Shown: positions 1 through 11,899, counted from the first letter of the stretch. The stretch: 64,000 bases of DNA from Heteronotia binoei (GCF_032191835.1 NC_083235.1:15872001-15936000), one strand, 5' to 3'. The notes: generated by a model from the letters alone, not told the origin. Program-made: numbers and translations.

Positions 1-76
1 CCTGCTTCAATAAAAGCTCTGACTATTGGGATATTTGGTTAACATAGTTTTTGCCCAGTCATAGACGTGTGATACT

Positions 77-272
77 CAGGGCTTTTTTAGTAGAAAAAGC
101 CCAGCAGAAACTCATTTGCATATTAGGCCACACCCCCTGCCACCATTGTTCCACATAGGGCTTTTTGTAGAAAAAGCCTAGCAGGAATTCATTTACATAT
201 TAGGCCATACACCCCTGAAACCAAGCCAGCCGGACCTGCATTCCTGTGCGTTCTTGCTCCAAAAAAGCCCTG
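77..272. mobile_element. Non-autonomous hAT-type MITE (CAGGGCTTTTT...AAAAAAGCCCTG family; many further copies, e.g. ~8907, 9118-9298, 23969-24163, ~44659, 45521-45628, ~47095)
   Basis: Short TIRs CAGGGCTTTTT/AAAAAAGCCCTG; 8-bp TSD gtgatact (69-76)/atgatact (273-280); internal CTCATTTGCATATTAGGCCACACCCC motif shared by all copies. Confidence 0.8.
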
Positions 273-1128
273 ATGATACTGAGTACAGTAAATTAATCTC
301 CCAAGAAGTATATTGCAAAAAAGGTAAACTTACATTTATTCAAATAGATGCAGTTCACATTGAGGCTGCAGTAAAAAATAAAAAAGAGAGAGAGAAAGAA
401 ATCTCATCTAAAAAGAACTTTCCCTATCACAAATGGCCAGCTTGTCCGGCATCCTGTGTGTGGGAGCAGGAGGGCATTGTCTCTACAGGAGAGAGACCTG
501 CAGAGACCTACGTACGTCTTCAAGGAAGGCCATGTGAGGTGAGAGTGAGAGGACAAAGGAAGAGGCGGGGTCAAAGGGCAGCTGAAGAGAGGCATCCCAT
601 TCAAGGAGATAACACTCAGACACACTTAAAGTGATGTAGCCCCCCTCCCCCAATCCAGGCATGCTGAGTCGCTCCAACCATAACAACAGGTTTTGTCTGG
701 TTAAAAATTCATCTGGGTCATGGATTATACATTACAGCAGTCCACCCAAAGCAAATGCAAGCCTTTTTGTAATGGGAAGCTTTACAGTTTCAAATGCTTA
801 ATAATTCTTTCTGCTGCCACCCATATAAGCTGGAGATAATCCCCAACTGATCCTGTTTGGATCTCTGTAGACCATTACGTGTCGGCTACCAGCAGCACCC
901 TTACATTCCATGAGCAGGGCGGAGGTTTAGAGCCAAGGCTGCGTAAAAAAACAGGACTGAGAGCCTAGACTCCCGGCTGGTCTGATGGAGGGCAAAAGGC
1001 ATGACCTTTCATTCAAACAACAAGGCTCTAAACACCTGCCTCTTGGCCAGGCCAACCTTAGACCAGCTGCCACCCTAGGCAAGGCTAATTTCTGGCACCC
1101 CGCCCCCTACACTGATGACATCACCCAG

Positions 1129-1557
1129 CGGGGTTGCCAAATCCCAGGTGGGGGCAGGGGATCCCCCGGTTTGGAGGCCCTCTCCCCACTTCAGGGTCAT
1201 CAGAAAGCGGGACAGAGGAGGGGAATATCTGCTGGGCACTCCTTTATTCTGCCTCGGCGGGGAGGGCGGGGTATAAATAAAATTTTTATTATTTTATTAT
1301 TATTCCCTATGGAGACCAATTCCCATAGGGCAAAATGGAGAATTAATCTGTGGGTGTCTGGGGTTCTAGGGGGCCTGTTTTTTGAGGTAGAGGCACCAAA
1401 TTCACAGCATGGCATTTTTTATCCAGTACCTCTCCCCAAAACACCCTCCAAGTTTCAAAAAGATTGGACCAGGAGGTCCAATTTTATGAGCCCCCAAAGA
1501 AGGTGCCCCATTCCTTCATTATTTCCAATAGAGGGAAGGCATTTAGGGGAATATTAG
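1129..1557. mobile_element. Fragments of TAGGGTTGCCA-TIR hAT-like DNA transposon family (relatives at ~8690, 10876, 23206, 26339, 41584, 58140)
   Basis: GGGTTGCCA terminus and recurring body (aagtttcaaaaagattggaccagg..., gccccaaagaaggtgcccc). The relative at 46312 has a perfect 8-bp TSD. Confidence 0.65.
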
Positions 1558-1562
1558 GGGAC

Positions 1563-1806
1563 GGCCTCGGCCTCTATGTCCTGTCGTTGGCCCTCCAGAG
1601 GAACTAGTTGGCTACTGTGTGAGACAGGATGTTGGACTAGATGGACCAGTGGTCTGATGCAGCAGGGCTCTTCTGAGGTTCTTATGAAGGCCTCAGCCTC
1701 TCTGCCCTGCTGTCGGCCCTCCAGATGAACTGGCTGGCCACTGTGTGAGACAGGATACTGGACTAGATGGTCCACTGGTCTGATCCAGCAGGGCTCTTCT
1801 GATGTT
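1563..1806 (+). mobile_element. Tandemly duplicated CR1 LINE 3' end
   Basis: Two ~125-bp copies of ...cactgtgtgagacaggat(g/a)ctggactagatgg...ggtctgat..agcagggctcttctg, ending in an ATGTTCTT-like CR1 tail. Confidence 0.65.
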
Positions 1807-2446
1807 CACCTTTTGAAAATATTGTTTGATTTTCCACTGAATAACAACCATACATCATCTCTTATTTATTTAAAACACATATTAGCTGCCTTTCTCCCAT
1901 GCCAAAGTCAAGATGTATTACAACATCAATAAAAACATAATAAAAATATAAATTCAACAACAATAACAAGAATCTATAAGAAGCCACAACTTAAAAACTC
2001 CAAGTAGGACTGCCAATAAATAAAAAACTAGATCAGTCAAATGCAGTCCTAAATAAAACTGTCTTCAATTGCCTCTTGAGGATTGATAGCAAGGGAACCA
2101 GGAGCACCTCCCTGGGGAAGTTGTTCCATAATCATGGGGCTGCCACTGAAAAGGCCCTTTCGTGTGTGCTCACCAGACAAGCTTCTTTAATTGATGGGAC
2201 AGTCAAGAAGACCTCTCCCTACGATCTCAGTTACCAGGCAAGAACGTATGGGAGAAAACGTCTATGATCTATAGACAATAAACTAGTTCCCTTTTGATTA
2301 TTCATATAAAATGATTTGGTCATGGCTGCAATTTCAAAAGCTTTCTGTCCCCATTCTTGAGACATGGAATAAGCAAGAAAAGATATCGCCATGCAAAATA
2401 AGGAAATACGTATCTGTTTTATTGATTAACGTCCTTGTATTGGAAA

Positions 2447-2792
2447 AGAATCTTGAGAGTCCCTTGGACTGCAAGAAGACCAAATCAGTCATTCCAAAGG
2501 GAGATCAACCCTGACTGTTCCCTGGAAGGTCAGATGCTGAAGCTGAAGTTCATATACTTCAACTACCAAATGAGAAGGGAGGACTCACTGGAGAAGTTCC
2601 TGATGCTAGGAAAGACGGAAGGCAAAAGAAGAAGGGGATGGCAAAATATGAGATGACTGGACAGTGTTACTGATGTAACTAACACAAATTTGAGCAGACT
2701 TTGGAGGATGGTGGAAGACAGGAGGGCCTGGCGTGACTTTGTCCATGGGGTCGCAAAGAGTCGGACTCAACTGTGTGACTGTACAACAACAC
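2447..2792 (+). mobile_element. BovB (RTE clade) LINE 3' fragment
   Basis: Typical BovB 3' region (gagagtcccttggactgcaag...gaaggcaaaagaagaagggg...catggggtcgcaaagagtcggac) with (CAA)n tail; translation LRVPWTARRPNQS...MLKLK...EDSLEK.LMLGKTEGKRRRG. Confidence 0.85.
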
Positions 2793-2868
2793 ATTTTTGT
2801 TTTCAGAACTTGCGCTTGAGAAAACACTGTCCCAAGAGCGATACACCCACTGATAACTCTTCAACTCA

Positions 2869-3065
2869 TTTCCCATCATATTCCCAGAGGCAAAGACAGA
2901 ACCTAATTAGAGGCTTTTTTATTAATGAGCAGCAAGGAGAGATGTTTGCTTGGAGGTGCCTCTATGTCTGGTCCTGAGAAACTCCCAACTGATGGGTATT
3001 GCCTCTCTCTGGGGAATGTTCCCAGATAAAGTCCTAGAGTTTCCATGCTAAATACTCCAGATATG
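2869..3065 (+). promoter_or_regulatory. Candidate OR promoter module, copy 1 (paralog of 17030-17230)
   Basis: Non-repeat sequence alignable to 17030-17230; TTCCCAGAGG (2881-2890), CTAATTAG (2903-2910), TTAATGA (2922-2928), TCTCTGGGGA (3006-3015); donor-like CAG|GTAGGA at 3141. Confidence 0.55.
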
Positions 3066-3410
3066 CTGAGGCCACTGCCTTTTCATGAGCCAAGATGGTG
3101 GAATTGAGATTGGTGAGCATGGGAGCTCTAAACTGAACAGGTAGGAATCAAAAGAGGACTGGAAGAAAGATGGTGACCTGTAACACTTCTCCAGATGAGA
3201 ATGTTTCCCACTTTTCCTTTGTACAGATTCTTACAAAACATATGTGAATGATTCAACTGTTAGATCCTGAGGATTCTTGGAGAAAAATTGCAGTTCCCTA
3301 CCCTCCTTGTATATAAGGGCTAGTCTGTCCCCTTAGGTTTCAAAAATGCTTCCAGAAGTTAAAAGTAAGGAAAACAGACCCCGGAGACAAGTTAGGAGAT
3401 GTTCAATATG

Positions 3411-3850
3411 TTATCGAAGGCTTTCATGGCCGGAACCCATTAGCTGTTGTAGATTCTCCAGGCTGTGTGGCCTTGGTCTTGGTCCAAGACAGGGGTGGCC
3501 AAACTTGCTTAACACAAGAGTCGCATAGAATAAACACCAGATGTTTGAGGGCCACAAGACATGAACATCAGATGTTTGAGAGCTGCAAGACAGGGAAGGA
3601 AGGAAATAGATGGAGAGAGGGAGGGAGAGATGGAAAGAAAGCAACTTTAAATGCATTCTCCAAGCCGCCTCCCAGCTGGGCTTCAGGAAGTGATTTAAAG
3701 TCACAAATGCCTTCTCTAAGCTGGCTGATGGGGTGTTGGGGGTTTTAGGAGCCGCACAATATGTGTAAAAGAGCCACACGTGGCTTCTGCGCCACAGCTT
3801 GGCCACCCCTGGTCCAAGACCACAGCCACACAGCCCAGAAAATCTACAAC
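3411..3850. mobile_element. Penelope-like (Poseidon-type) terminal inverted remnant interrupted by a hAT MITE
   Basis: tatcgaaggctttcatggccgg...tgttgtagattctccaggctgtgtggc is inverted against gccacacagcccagaaaatctacaaca; resembles lizard Penelope termini. Confidence 0.55.
3490..3811. mobile_element. hAT MITE (CAGGGGTGGCCAAAC family)
   Basis: TIRs CAGGGGTGGCC/GGCCACCCCTG; perfect 8-bp TSD gtccaaga (3482-3489, 3812-3819). Confidence 0.9.
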
Positions 3851-4107
3851 AACCAATTAGGAGATGTTCGTTTGCTTCTTTTCATCTCAGGGTGGATGGT
3901 GATGGTGAAAAGTGACATCAAATTCCAATTAACTTATGGTGAGTGACCCTGTAGGGTTTTCAAGGCAAGAGGTGAACAGGGTGGTTTTCCATTGCCTTCT
4001 TCTGCATAGCAACCAAGGGACTGGATAAATATATGGAGCAGAGGTCCAACAGTGGCTATTAACCTCATCACAGAGTAGCTATTAGCCACAAACTATAGAT
4101 GGAACCT

Positions 4108-4400
4108 TATCACTGATTTCACAGTAGCAGTTGCTCTGCCCTTAAGCTTCTGGTTTCCCTGGCTCAACCAATCGATTCCCCAACAGTTGCTGTGCGACCA
4201 CGCTTTGACCCACATCTCCCTACAATTTCCCCAACATCTTCCTAATCTTGGTTTTTTTAGAGATCAGGAAGATATGGGGGAAATTCGAAGGAGACACAGG
4301 TCAAAATGTGGCCACGTAGCAACTGGTGGGGACTCGATCAGTTGATCTGGGGAAAACAGAATTCTGAGGGCAGAGCGACTGCCACTGCAGAATCAGTCAT
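4108..4400. mobile_element. Old fully palindromic MITE (Harbinger-like lineage)
   Basis: Arms of ~140 bp are reverse complements with many mismatches (cagtagcagttgctctgccc... vs ...gggcagagcgactgccactg); terminus actgatt(t/c) resembles the 28-kb element; TSD not resolved. Confidence 0.65.
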
Positions 4401-5875
4401 AGTCTGGGGCAGTGATGCTCTGTATTCTTGGTGTTTGGGGGCAACAGGAGTGGGGGCTTCTGGAGTTCTAGTCCCACTGATGGACCTCCTGATGACACCT
4501 GTGTTTTGGCCACTGTGTGATACAGTGTTGGACTGGATGGGCCCCTGGCCTCATCCAACATGGCTTCTCTTGTGTTCTTATGACTTCCTTGGTGGTCTCC
4601 CATCTGAATACGAACCTGGGTTGACTCTGATTAGCTTCCGAGATCTGACAGCATTGGGCTAGCCTGGGCCACCCAGGTCAGGGTATTTTAGGATCAGGAA
4701 GCCATAAAAGCAAGAGCTGAGAGGGATCTGACTTTTTCAAGTGCTTTATTACAAACTCCAAGGAATTTATAATAAGCTTGCCCTGTCCAAAATGGTCCAG
4801 CTATACTGCTAGACATGAAGTAAATATTGGGAGTTAACTAATTAGTTAGTCCAGTATCCCATCTCAAACATAGCAGATTGCATCTTGGGTACATGCAGTG
4901 GAAGCCCTTTGCCCTCCATGTGCTGGCAGAGTTACAAAGTTACACAGAGCTGCTTTTCAGTTTCAAGACTAACAATAGTTCTTTTATCTGGAAACTACAT
5001 TCTAGATGGTGAACAACGTTCCCTCTTAGCTGCAGAGTCTTGTGAGCAAAAATTCTACTTTGTGAGCTACTGGCAAAGTTGTGAGCTCCTGCATAAATTA
5101 TTGTGCTCTGGGGTCAGCCTTCCTGAGCGAAGACAAAAATGTGTGAGCTAGAGGCTAAAAATCTGTGAGCTAGCTCACCCTAACTCAGCTTAGAGGGAAC
5201 ACTGATAGTGAAGCTACCTTGGATGGGTCCAGATTTAGGGAGACATCCAGTCTCCATTGTAACAAAAAGAGAGAAGCATTCTGTGTTGTGTGTGCATGAG
5301 TGAAGGCAGTGTGAGAGGGCAGAACAGAAGGAAGGAAGGCAATTTCCCTGTAATCTATCAGTTTACATCAAAGGGACAGAGACGGGAGAATACGCAGGAA
5401 GAAAAACCACAAGTTGCTGGTCTATCTCACCCTTGGAGGCTGAGGCTTGAGAGAGTATCTGGGCTTTCCAACAGTAAGTTCATTTTACTTCAGCATTATA
5501 AAGAATAGGGTGGGCCAGTAAATGGAAACCATCAATCTTGCATAGAAAAGATGTTTTAGCAGAAGTCTCTTTCTCTCTCCCATGGAGATATCTAGTTCTC
5601 ATGGATCTCATTCATAAGATTTAAGACTGTGTCTGCCTTTTCTCTTATAGTAAGCACTAAACAACCAAGGCATATGTCCAAATATGATATATAACCCAAA
5701 TCAATCAAAACAAATATGTGAATGCATCAGAACACATGAAGGTGGCTTATCATACTTATCATCCGACTCTTGGTCTCTCAGGGCCAGTCTTATCTACTCA
5801 GACTTGCAGTGGTTCTCCAGGGTCTCATGCAGAGGTCTTCCATGTCACCTACTGCCAGGTCCTCTTAACTGGAGA

Positions 5876-6199
5876 TGGTGGGAGGATCACGCAATTAGCA
5901 CACCAACTTGATTCCCTATAATTCTGATGACAGAAAAGAACACAGGCTTCTCACACCCGTGTGTAACCACATCCTTGTTCCCTGGACAAATTTATCCCAG
6001 ACGAATGCTAGCTTGCATTAATCCTTGTAAACGCCGCTGCCTTGTGTTGGGCAGATGTTTCCTGTTATGCTTTAAGTGTGGGTGACTTCAGTGTACTTTC
6101 AGCATGTATAAAATAAAGGAACCTGGCTCAGAAGGCAGGCTTTTTCTCCCCTGAGCAGGCTTTTTCTCCCAATACACGTGTCGAGTGATCATCCCTACA
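5876..6199. mobile_element. Solo LTR (324 bp)
   Basis: TG...CA ends, terminal inverted similarity TGGTGGGAGGATCAC/GTGATCATCCCTACA, perfect 5-bp TSD GGAGA (5871-5875, 6200-6204), internal TATAAAATAAAG. Confidence 0.75.
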
Positions 6200-6233
6200 G
6201 GAGATGCCGGGGATTGAACTTGGATCTTCTATT

Positions 6234-7589
6234 CAGGGGTGTCAAAAATAGAATCATAGAATCGTAGAGTTGGAAGGGACCTCCAGGGTCATCTAGTCCA
6301 ACCCCCTGCACAATGCAGGAAACTCACAAATACCTTCCTCTAAATTCACAGGATCTTCATTGCTGTCAGATGGCCATCTAGCCTCTGTTGAAAAACCTCC
6401 AAGGAAGGAGAGCTCACCACCTCCCAAGGAAGCCTGTTCCACTGAGGAACCGCTCTAACAATCAGGAAGTTCTTCCTAATGTTGAGCCGGAAACTCTTTT
6501 GATTTATTTTCAACCCGTTGATTCTGGTCCTACCTCTGGGGCCACAGAAAACAATTCCACACCATCCTTCAAGTACTTTTTTTTTTTTATCCTTCAAGTA
6601 CTTAAGAACATAAGAACATAAGAGAAGCCATGTTGGATCAGGCCAACGGCCCATCAAGTCCAACACTCTGTGTCACACAGTGGCAAAAAATTTTATATAC
6701 ACACATACACTGTGGCTAATAGCCACTGATGGACCTGTGCTCCATATTTTTATCTAAACCCCTCTTGAAGGTGGCTATACTTGTGGCCACCACCACCTCC
6801 TGTGGCAGTGAATTCCACATGTTAATCATCCTTTGGGTGAAGAAGTACTTCCTTTTATCCATTTTAACCTGTCTGCTCAGCAATTTCATCGAATGCCCAC
6901 GAGTTCTTGTATTGTGAGAAAGGGAGAAAAGTACTTCTTTCTCTACTTTCTCCATCCCATGCATTATCTTGTAAACCTCTATCATGTCACCCCGCAGTCG
7001 ACGTTTCTCCAAGCTAAAGAGTCCCAAGCGTTTCAACCTTTCTTCATAGGGAAAGTGCTCCAGCCCTTTAATCATTCTACTTGAAGAAGTATATGTGGCC
7101 CGGGGGCTGAATCAGGCCCCAGGAGGGCTCCAATCAGGCCTCCAAGCAACTGGCTCTTGTCTGCTTCCTTCTCCCCCTCGCTTGCTTCCTTCTGCATCTC
7201 AGCTCGCTTTGCAAGGCTTGCTCAATCACATAGGATCTACTGAGCAAAACCTTGATTTTCTCCATTGGTTGAGGCTCCTCTCCCTTCTGGTCCCCTGGGG
7301 AAGGAAGGAAAGAGCCTGAGCTTCCTTTGCCCAGTTCCCGGGGTCCCATGGGAGAGATACAAAGAAAGCACCTTTAAAACCAACAAGTGCTAATGTTTTC
7401 AGCATGTTTTAAGATTTTTAAAAAAAATCTTTAGTCATGTTTGTCTGCATCCTTTAAAAAGTTTATATCTCTGCTACCTAATCTTAAATAGGTACACACA
7501 TGGGCCAGCCCGACATAGTCTGGCCTGGCCCAACAAGGTCTCATTTATGTCAGATCCGTCCCTCATAACAAATGAGTTCAACATCCCTG
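6234..7589. mobile_element. hAT MITE (CAGGGGTGTCAAA family) interrupted by nested CR1 fragments
   Basis: Starts CAGGGGTGTCAAA at 6234, resumes at ~7092 and ends ...AACATCCCTG at 7589; colinear with the complete copy 45123-45742. Confidence 0.8.
6248..7088 (-). mobile_element. Two nested CR1 LINE 3' fragments (different subfamilies)
   Basis: CR1-A with (ATTCTATG)n tail at 6248-~6600, resuming ~7079; CR1-B with (TTCTTATG)n tail at 6604-7078. Minus-strand ORF2 C-termini ...YEERLKRLGLFSLEKRRLRGDMIEVYKI... and ...[16 protein letters not shown].... Confidence 0.85.
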
Positions 7590-9539
7590 TTCTACATACC
7601 AAGCAGATGCTTTACCACGTCCAAACTGTTAGTGATATCTAAGCACACTCACAGCTTCTTTGGCGGTACTTAATCTGTAGAGTAAAAGTGTAGATACTGA
7701 ACATCTATTGCAGCACTCAAGGAGAACATTTTTTTTTTTTTTGCAGTGAACAGAATTGCCTATTGTTCAGATAAAACCAAGAGCTACAAGTAAAGTTTAT
7801 GAATGAATTAATTCAGCTGTGTTGTATACTATCTAATTTCTTGGTTGAAGGGGGTATTTGATATATTTTCACTCCTTTGAGACTTAAATCTTCAGATCCA
7901 CAAAATTGTTTCCATAGGTTGCAGTGTCATAAAAGAAACACACTGGCTTGTGTTACAAAAGTGGGAATGAAGGCCTTGCAGTAGGAGAGGAAAAGAAGCA
8001 AGATGGGGGCATTATGATCCTGTTGCGCATCTAGTCTAGGCTTCCCAACCCCCCCAGTCCCAACAGGGGAACCCCTGGTTTCCCAGGATCCAACCTGCCC
8101 CCAGTCAGCTGTCTGGTGGGGGAAGGCCTGCCCCTGCAGCCTCCACGTGTCTTGAGATCTCTCCAGGTTTAGAAGCCTGCAAACACCTTTTTAAAAAGTG
8201 TGTGTGTGCCTTTAAATTTAAGCAGGAAGTGAAAACTGCATTGGGAAGGGCCAGCAGCAGAACCCTGTAAAAGAGAGAAAGTGAAGCCCAGTCCCTGCTT
8301 GCTTTCGCTTTGTATAGGAACCAGAGCCAGTAAGTGTGTGTGTGTGAATGAGAGAGAGCAGTAGCACAGTCTCTGTGCTTGTCTTTTGGATTCATTTCAG
8401 TCTTCTTTTATAGTAATCTGTTTTATGGGATGGAGGAAAACGCCATCTCTCTGTCTTTTCAATTGCCTGTATGAAGTTGGTTGGAAATACAGCTGCTCTT
8501 GTGCATACAGCCCCAGTGAGATCACGAAATTGTGTGCTTGCAAACAAACTCTGTTTATTTTGGCTGCTTTGTTAGTGTGGGTTCACTTTCATCTACTGGA
8601 ATTACAACACCTGTTGGGGACGAGGAAATGAAGACTATCCAGGGAAATTGCACTGTGGTGTTTTTATTTATTTTAGGGAATGGGAAAGTCTCCTGGCTCC
8701 ACTCTCCAAGTCCCCAAGTATTTTCTGAGTTGGATTTGGCAACCCTAATCTAGGTAGTCCAGAATTGCAGGCAGACTAATCCACAGAGTTTATCTCATAC
8801 TACCTGACAATAAGAACAAAGGGAGGTTTTCTCCTTCTGGGAAATTTCAGTGAAGGCATGAGCCCTGCTACCTTTTCTCCAAGTTATATAGCATATAAAT
8901 TTTTCCAGGGCTTTTTTGGTAAGAAAAAGCCCAGCAGGAACTCATTAGCATATTAGGCCAAACCCCTTGATGGCACCATTGTTTAACATAGGGCTTTTTG
9001 TCGAAAAAGGAATTCATTAGCATATTAGGCCACACCCCCTGACACCAAGACAGCCGGAACTGCATTCCTGTGTGTCCCTGGATTTTTCCTTTTCCCAGAC
9101 TAGTATTGGGGCTGGCAGAGCTTTTTTTGTAGCAGGGACTCCTTTACACATTAGGCCAGACACCCCTGATGTAGCTAATCCTCGTGGAGATTACAGTAGG
9201 CCCTGTACTAAGAGCCCTAAAAGCTCTTGGAGAATTGACTACATTGGTGTGTGTGTGGCCTAATATGCAAAGGAGCTCCTACTGCAAAAAAAGCCCTGGG
9301 AACTGGGTACAAATAACAACCTATTCTAGATAATGCAAAGATGGTCTTTAGATAAAGATGTAATAATGTAAGATGTAATACATCAGGGATGTGTGGCCTA
9401 ATATGCAAAAGAGTTCCTGCTACAAAAAAAAAAAGGATTTTCCTTTTTCCAGACTAGCATCGGGACTGGGTACAAATCATAACCTATTCTAGATGAGCCA
9501 AAGATAGGCTTTAAATAAAGTAAAGATATAATCATCCCC

Positions 9540-9552
9540 CCTCTCACCACAG
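9540..9552 (+). other. Probable splice acceptor upstream of OR1L-like CDS
   Basis: Pyrimidine tract cccccctctcaccacAG ending at 9552, 66 nt before the ATG; vertebrate ORs typically have spliced non-coding 5' exons. Confidence 0.5.
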
Positions 9553-9618
9553 GTGCATGAAGACCAGAGGTCTCTACATGGAAGTCCTGGTGCCTTAATG
9601 CAAAAGATTTCTTAACTC

Positions 9619-10545
9619 ATGATTGCACAGAACCAAACAACTGAGTTCGTTCTGCTGGGTATCTCTGACAAGCCACAGCTGCAGACACCCCTCTTTGTCC
9701 TCTTCCTGACCATGTACGTTGTGACGGTAACAGGGAACCTTCTCACTGTGGCAGCCATCCAATCGGACCACCACCTCATCCATACTCCCATGTACTTCTT
9801 CCTCAGTTGTCTGTCCTCGGTGGATGTCGGCTTTACCTCAGTAATTGTTCCCACAATGCTACTGAGCTTAGGCCAAGGAGGGACCATTTCTTACACAGGT
9901 TGTCTTACCCAAATGTACTTCTTTTTGGCCTTGGGGAACACTGATAGCTACCTGTTGGCGGCCATGGCCATCGACCGCTACATGGCCATCTGTAACCCTC
10001 TCCATTATGCCACAGTTATGAGCCCTCGATTATGCTTCCTGCTGTTGGCAGGGTCTTGCTTGGTCTCCCATCTCCACTCCCTCCTGCAGACAATGCTTGT
10101 CTCTTATCTAACCTTCTGTGCTTCCAACAGGATCCCCCATTTCTTCTGTGACATCCAGCCCTTACTGAAACTCTCTTGTTCCGACACCAGCATCAACGAA
10201 CTGGTGGGCATGACTGAAGCTTTGGCCGTCATCATGACCCCCTTCCTGACAATCACGATCTCTTATATCCGCATCCTCATGACCGTGTTGAGGGTACCTT
10301 CAGTCTCAGGAAAGCTCAAGGCGTTCTCCACCTGTGGATCTCACCTGACCGTAGTTACCCTCTTCTATGGGAGCATCGTTTGGGTGTATTTCCGGCCTTT
10401 GTCTGGTTACACGGCTGTCAAGGACAGGGTTGCTGCTGTCATGTACACAGTTATCACCCCGATGCTGAATCCTTTCATCTACAGCCTGAGAAACAGAGAC
10501 ATGCACAATGCGCTCAAGAAAGTGGTAGGGAGAAGAAGAAATTAG
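9619..10545 (+). CDS. OR1L-like: Olfactory receptor, class II, family 1 (OR1L-like), intact 308 aa
   Basis: 7TM OR motifs: N-glycan site [81 protein letters not shown] and [12 protein letters not shown] closely match recalled mammalian OR1L sequences. Confidence 0.95.
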   Translation: MIAQNQTTEFVLLGISDKPQLQTPLFVLFLTMYVVTVTGNLLTVAAIQSDHHLIHTPMYFFLSCLSSVDVGFTSVIVPTMLLSLGQGGTISYTGCLTQMYFFLALGNTDSYLLAAMAIDRYMAICNPLHYATVMSPRLCFLLLAGSCLVSHLHSLLQTMLVSYLTFCASNRIPHFFCDIQPLLKLSCSDTSINELVGMTEALAVIMTPFLTITISYIRILMTVLRVPSVSGKLKAFSTCGSHLTVVTLFYGSIVWVYFRPLSGYTAVKDRVAAVMYTVITPMLNPFIYSLRNRDMHNALKKVVGRRRN

Positions 10546-11899
10546 GACAGGGATATGAGACTGGGGAGATATTAACTGGTGAAGGAATGGAAGAACCTGA
10601 AAAGCTTATTCATAGTTCATCAGAGAACACTAGCATGACCCTCCTAATTATCTGGTTTCAAAGCTGGGATACCCCCACATCAGAAGCTATGCAGCTAGAA
10701 CTGCCAACCTCCAAGTGGGGCGTGGAGACCTCCAGATTTCAGAGAACATAGAATCACAGAGGTGGAAGGTATCTCCAGGGACGTCTATGTTAGAAGAACA
10801 GACTGGCAGTGGCTCTTGCTCAGTCCTCCAAGACTACAAACACCATAGAGCAAGCTAGATAGATAAGTTGATAATAGGGTTGCCAAGTCCAATTCAAGAA
10901 ATATCTGGGGACTTTGGGGGTGGAGCCAGGAGGCATTGGAGGTGAAGCCGGGAGCAATTGACAAGTGCGATTGAACTCCAAAGGGAGTTCTGGCCATCAC
11001 ATTTAAAGAGACCACACACCTTTTAAATTCCTTCCCTCCACTGGAAATAATGGGTAGGGACACCTTATTTGGGGACTCATAGAACTGGACTCCCTGGTCC
11101 AATCTTTTTGAAACTTGGGGGATGTTTTGAGGAGAGGCACTGGACACTATACTGAAGCTTTGGTGCCTCTATCTCAAACAACATCCCCCACTTTTCCAGA
11201 AAGAGTGGCAAAATGGCATCCAACTCCAGCTAACAGGATATGATTGAGAAACAATATGGAGTACACCCAACATGAAATCAAAAATTTACATTGTAAGGCT
11301 GCAATCATTGAAGCTTCTTTGGGGGTGGTATTTTTCACCACTTACTATGCACTCTATTGATCATCCTCACAACAATGTTGCAAAAACTTATTTATTATTA
11401 GCTAATTAATTAAGGGGAGATTGTGGGATTTAGAGTTTAAATTGATTGGTTAACTATTAGAATTGGCAGATATGGATAAAATTAAGGGGAAATAGATTGG
11501 CAAGGGCGGAGAGGGTTGGGAACTAAACATCTGTAGGGTGGTGAGCTGCATTTTCACAACTGGTTTGAGGCTGTGGCAGAGACCAGTGGGGGGATGACCG
11601 GCCTGAGGATTCCAGTACTCCTGGGGAGGGGAACAGACATTGCTATAAGGGAAGGCGACTGAGACATGGAGGTGCTCGGCCCCCTTTCAGTCTGTGTCCC
11701 ATCCCGACAGTGGCAAGTAGAGAGGTCAGATTGAATTATTCACCTCCATCATTGGTGTTATACAATGCCAGGTCCATAAATAATAAGACCTCAGTTCTCC
11801 AAGAGTTTTTGCTTGAGCAGGACATGGACCTGGCTTGCGTGACTGAGACCCGGGTGTGAGACGGAGAGTCTGTAGCTTTCTTCCAAATGGCTCCCCTGG

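Larger units (their letters stand above)
5707..7620 (-). mobile_element. tRNA-derived SINE (minus strand) split by a solo LTR and a hAT MITE
   Basis: SINE pieces 5707-5875, 6200-6233 and ~7590-7620 reassemble into the reverse complement of the SINE copies at 50368 and 52967. Confidence 0.75.
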
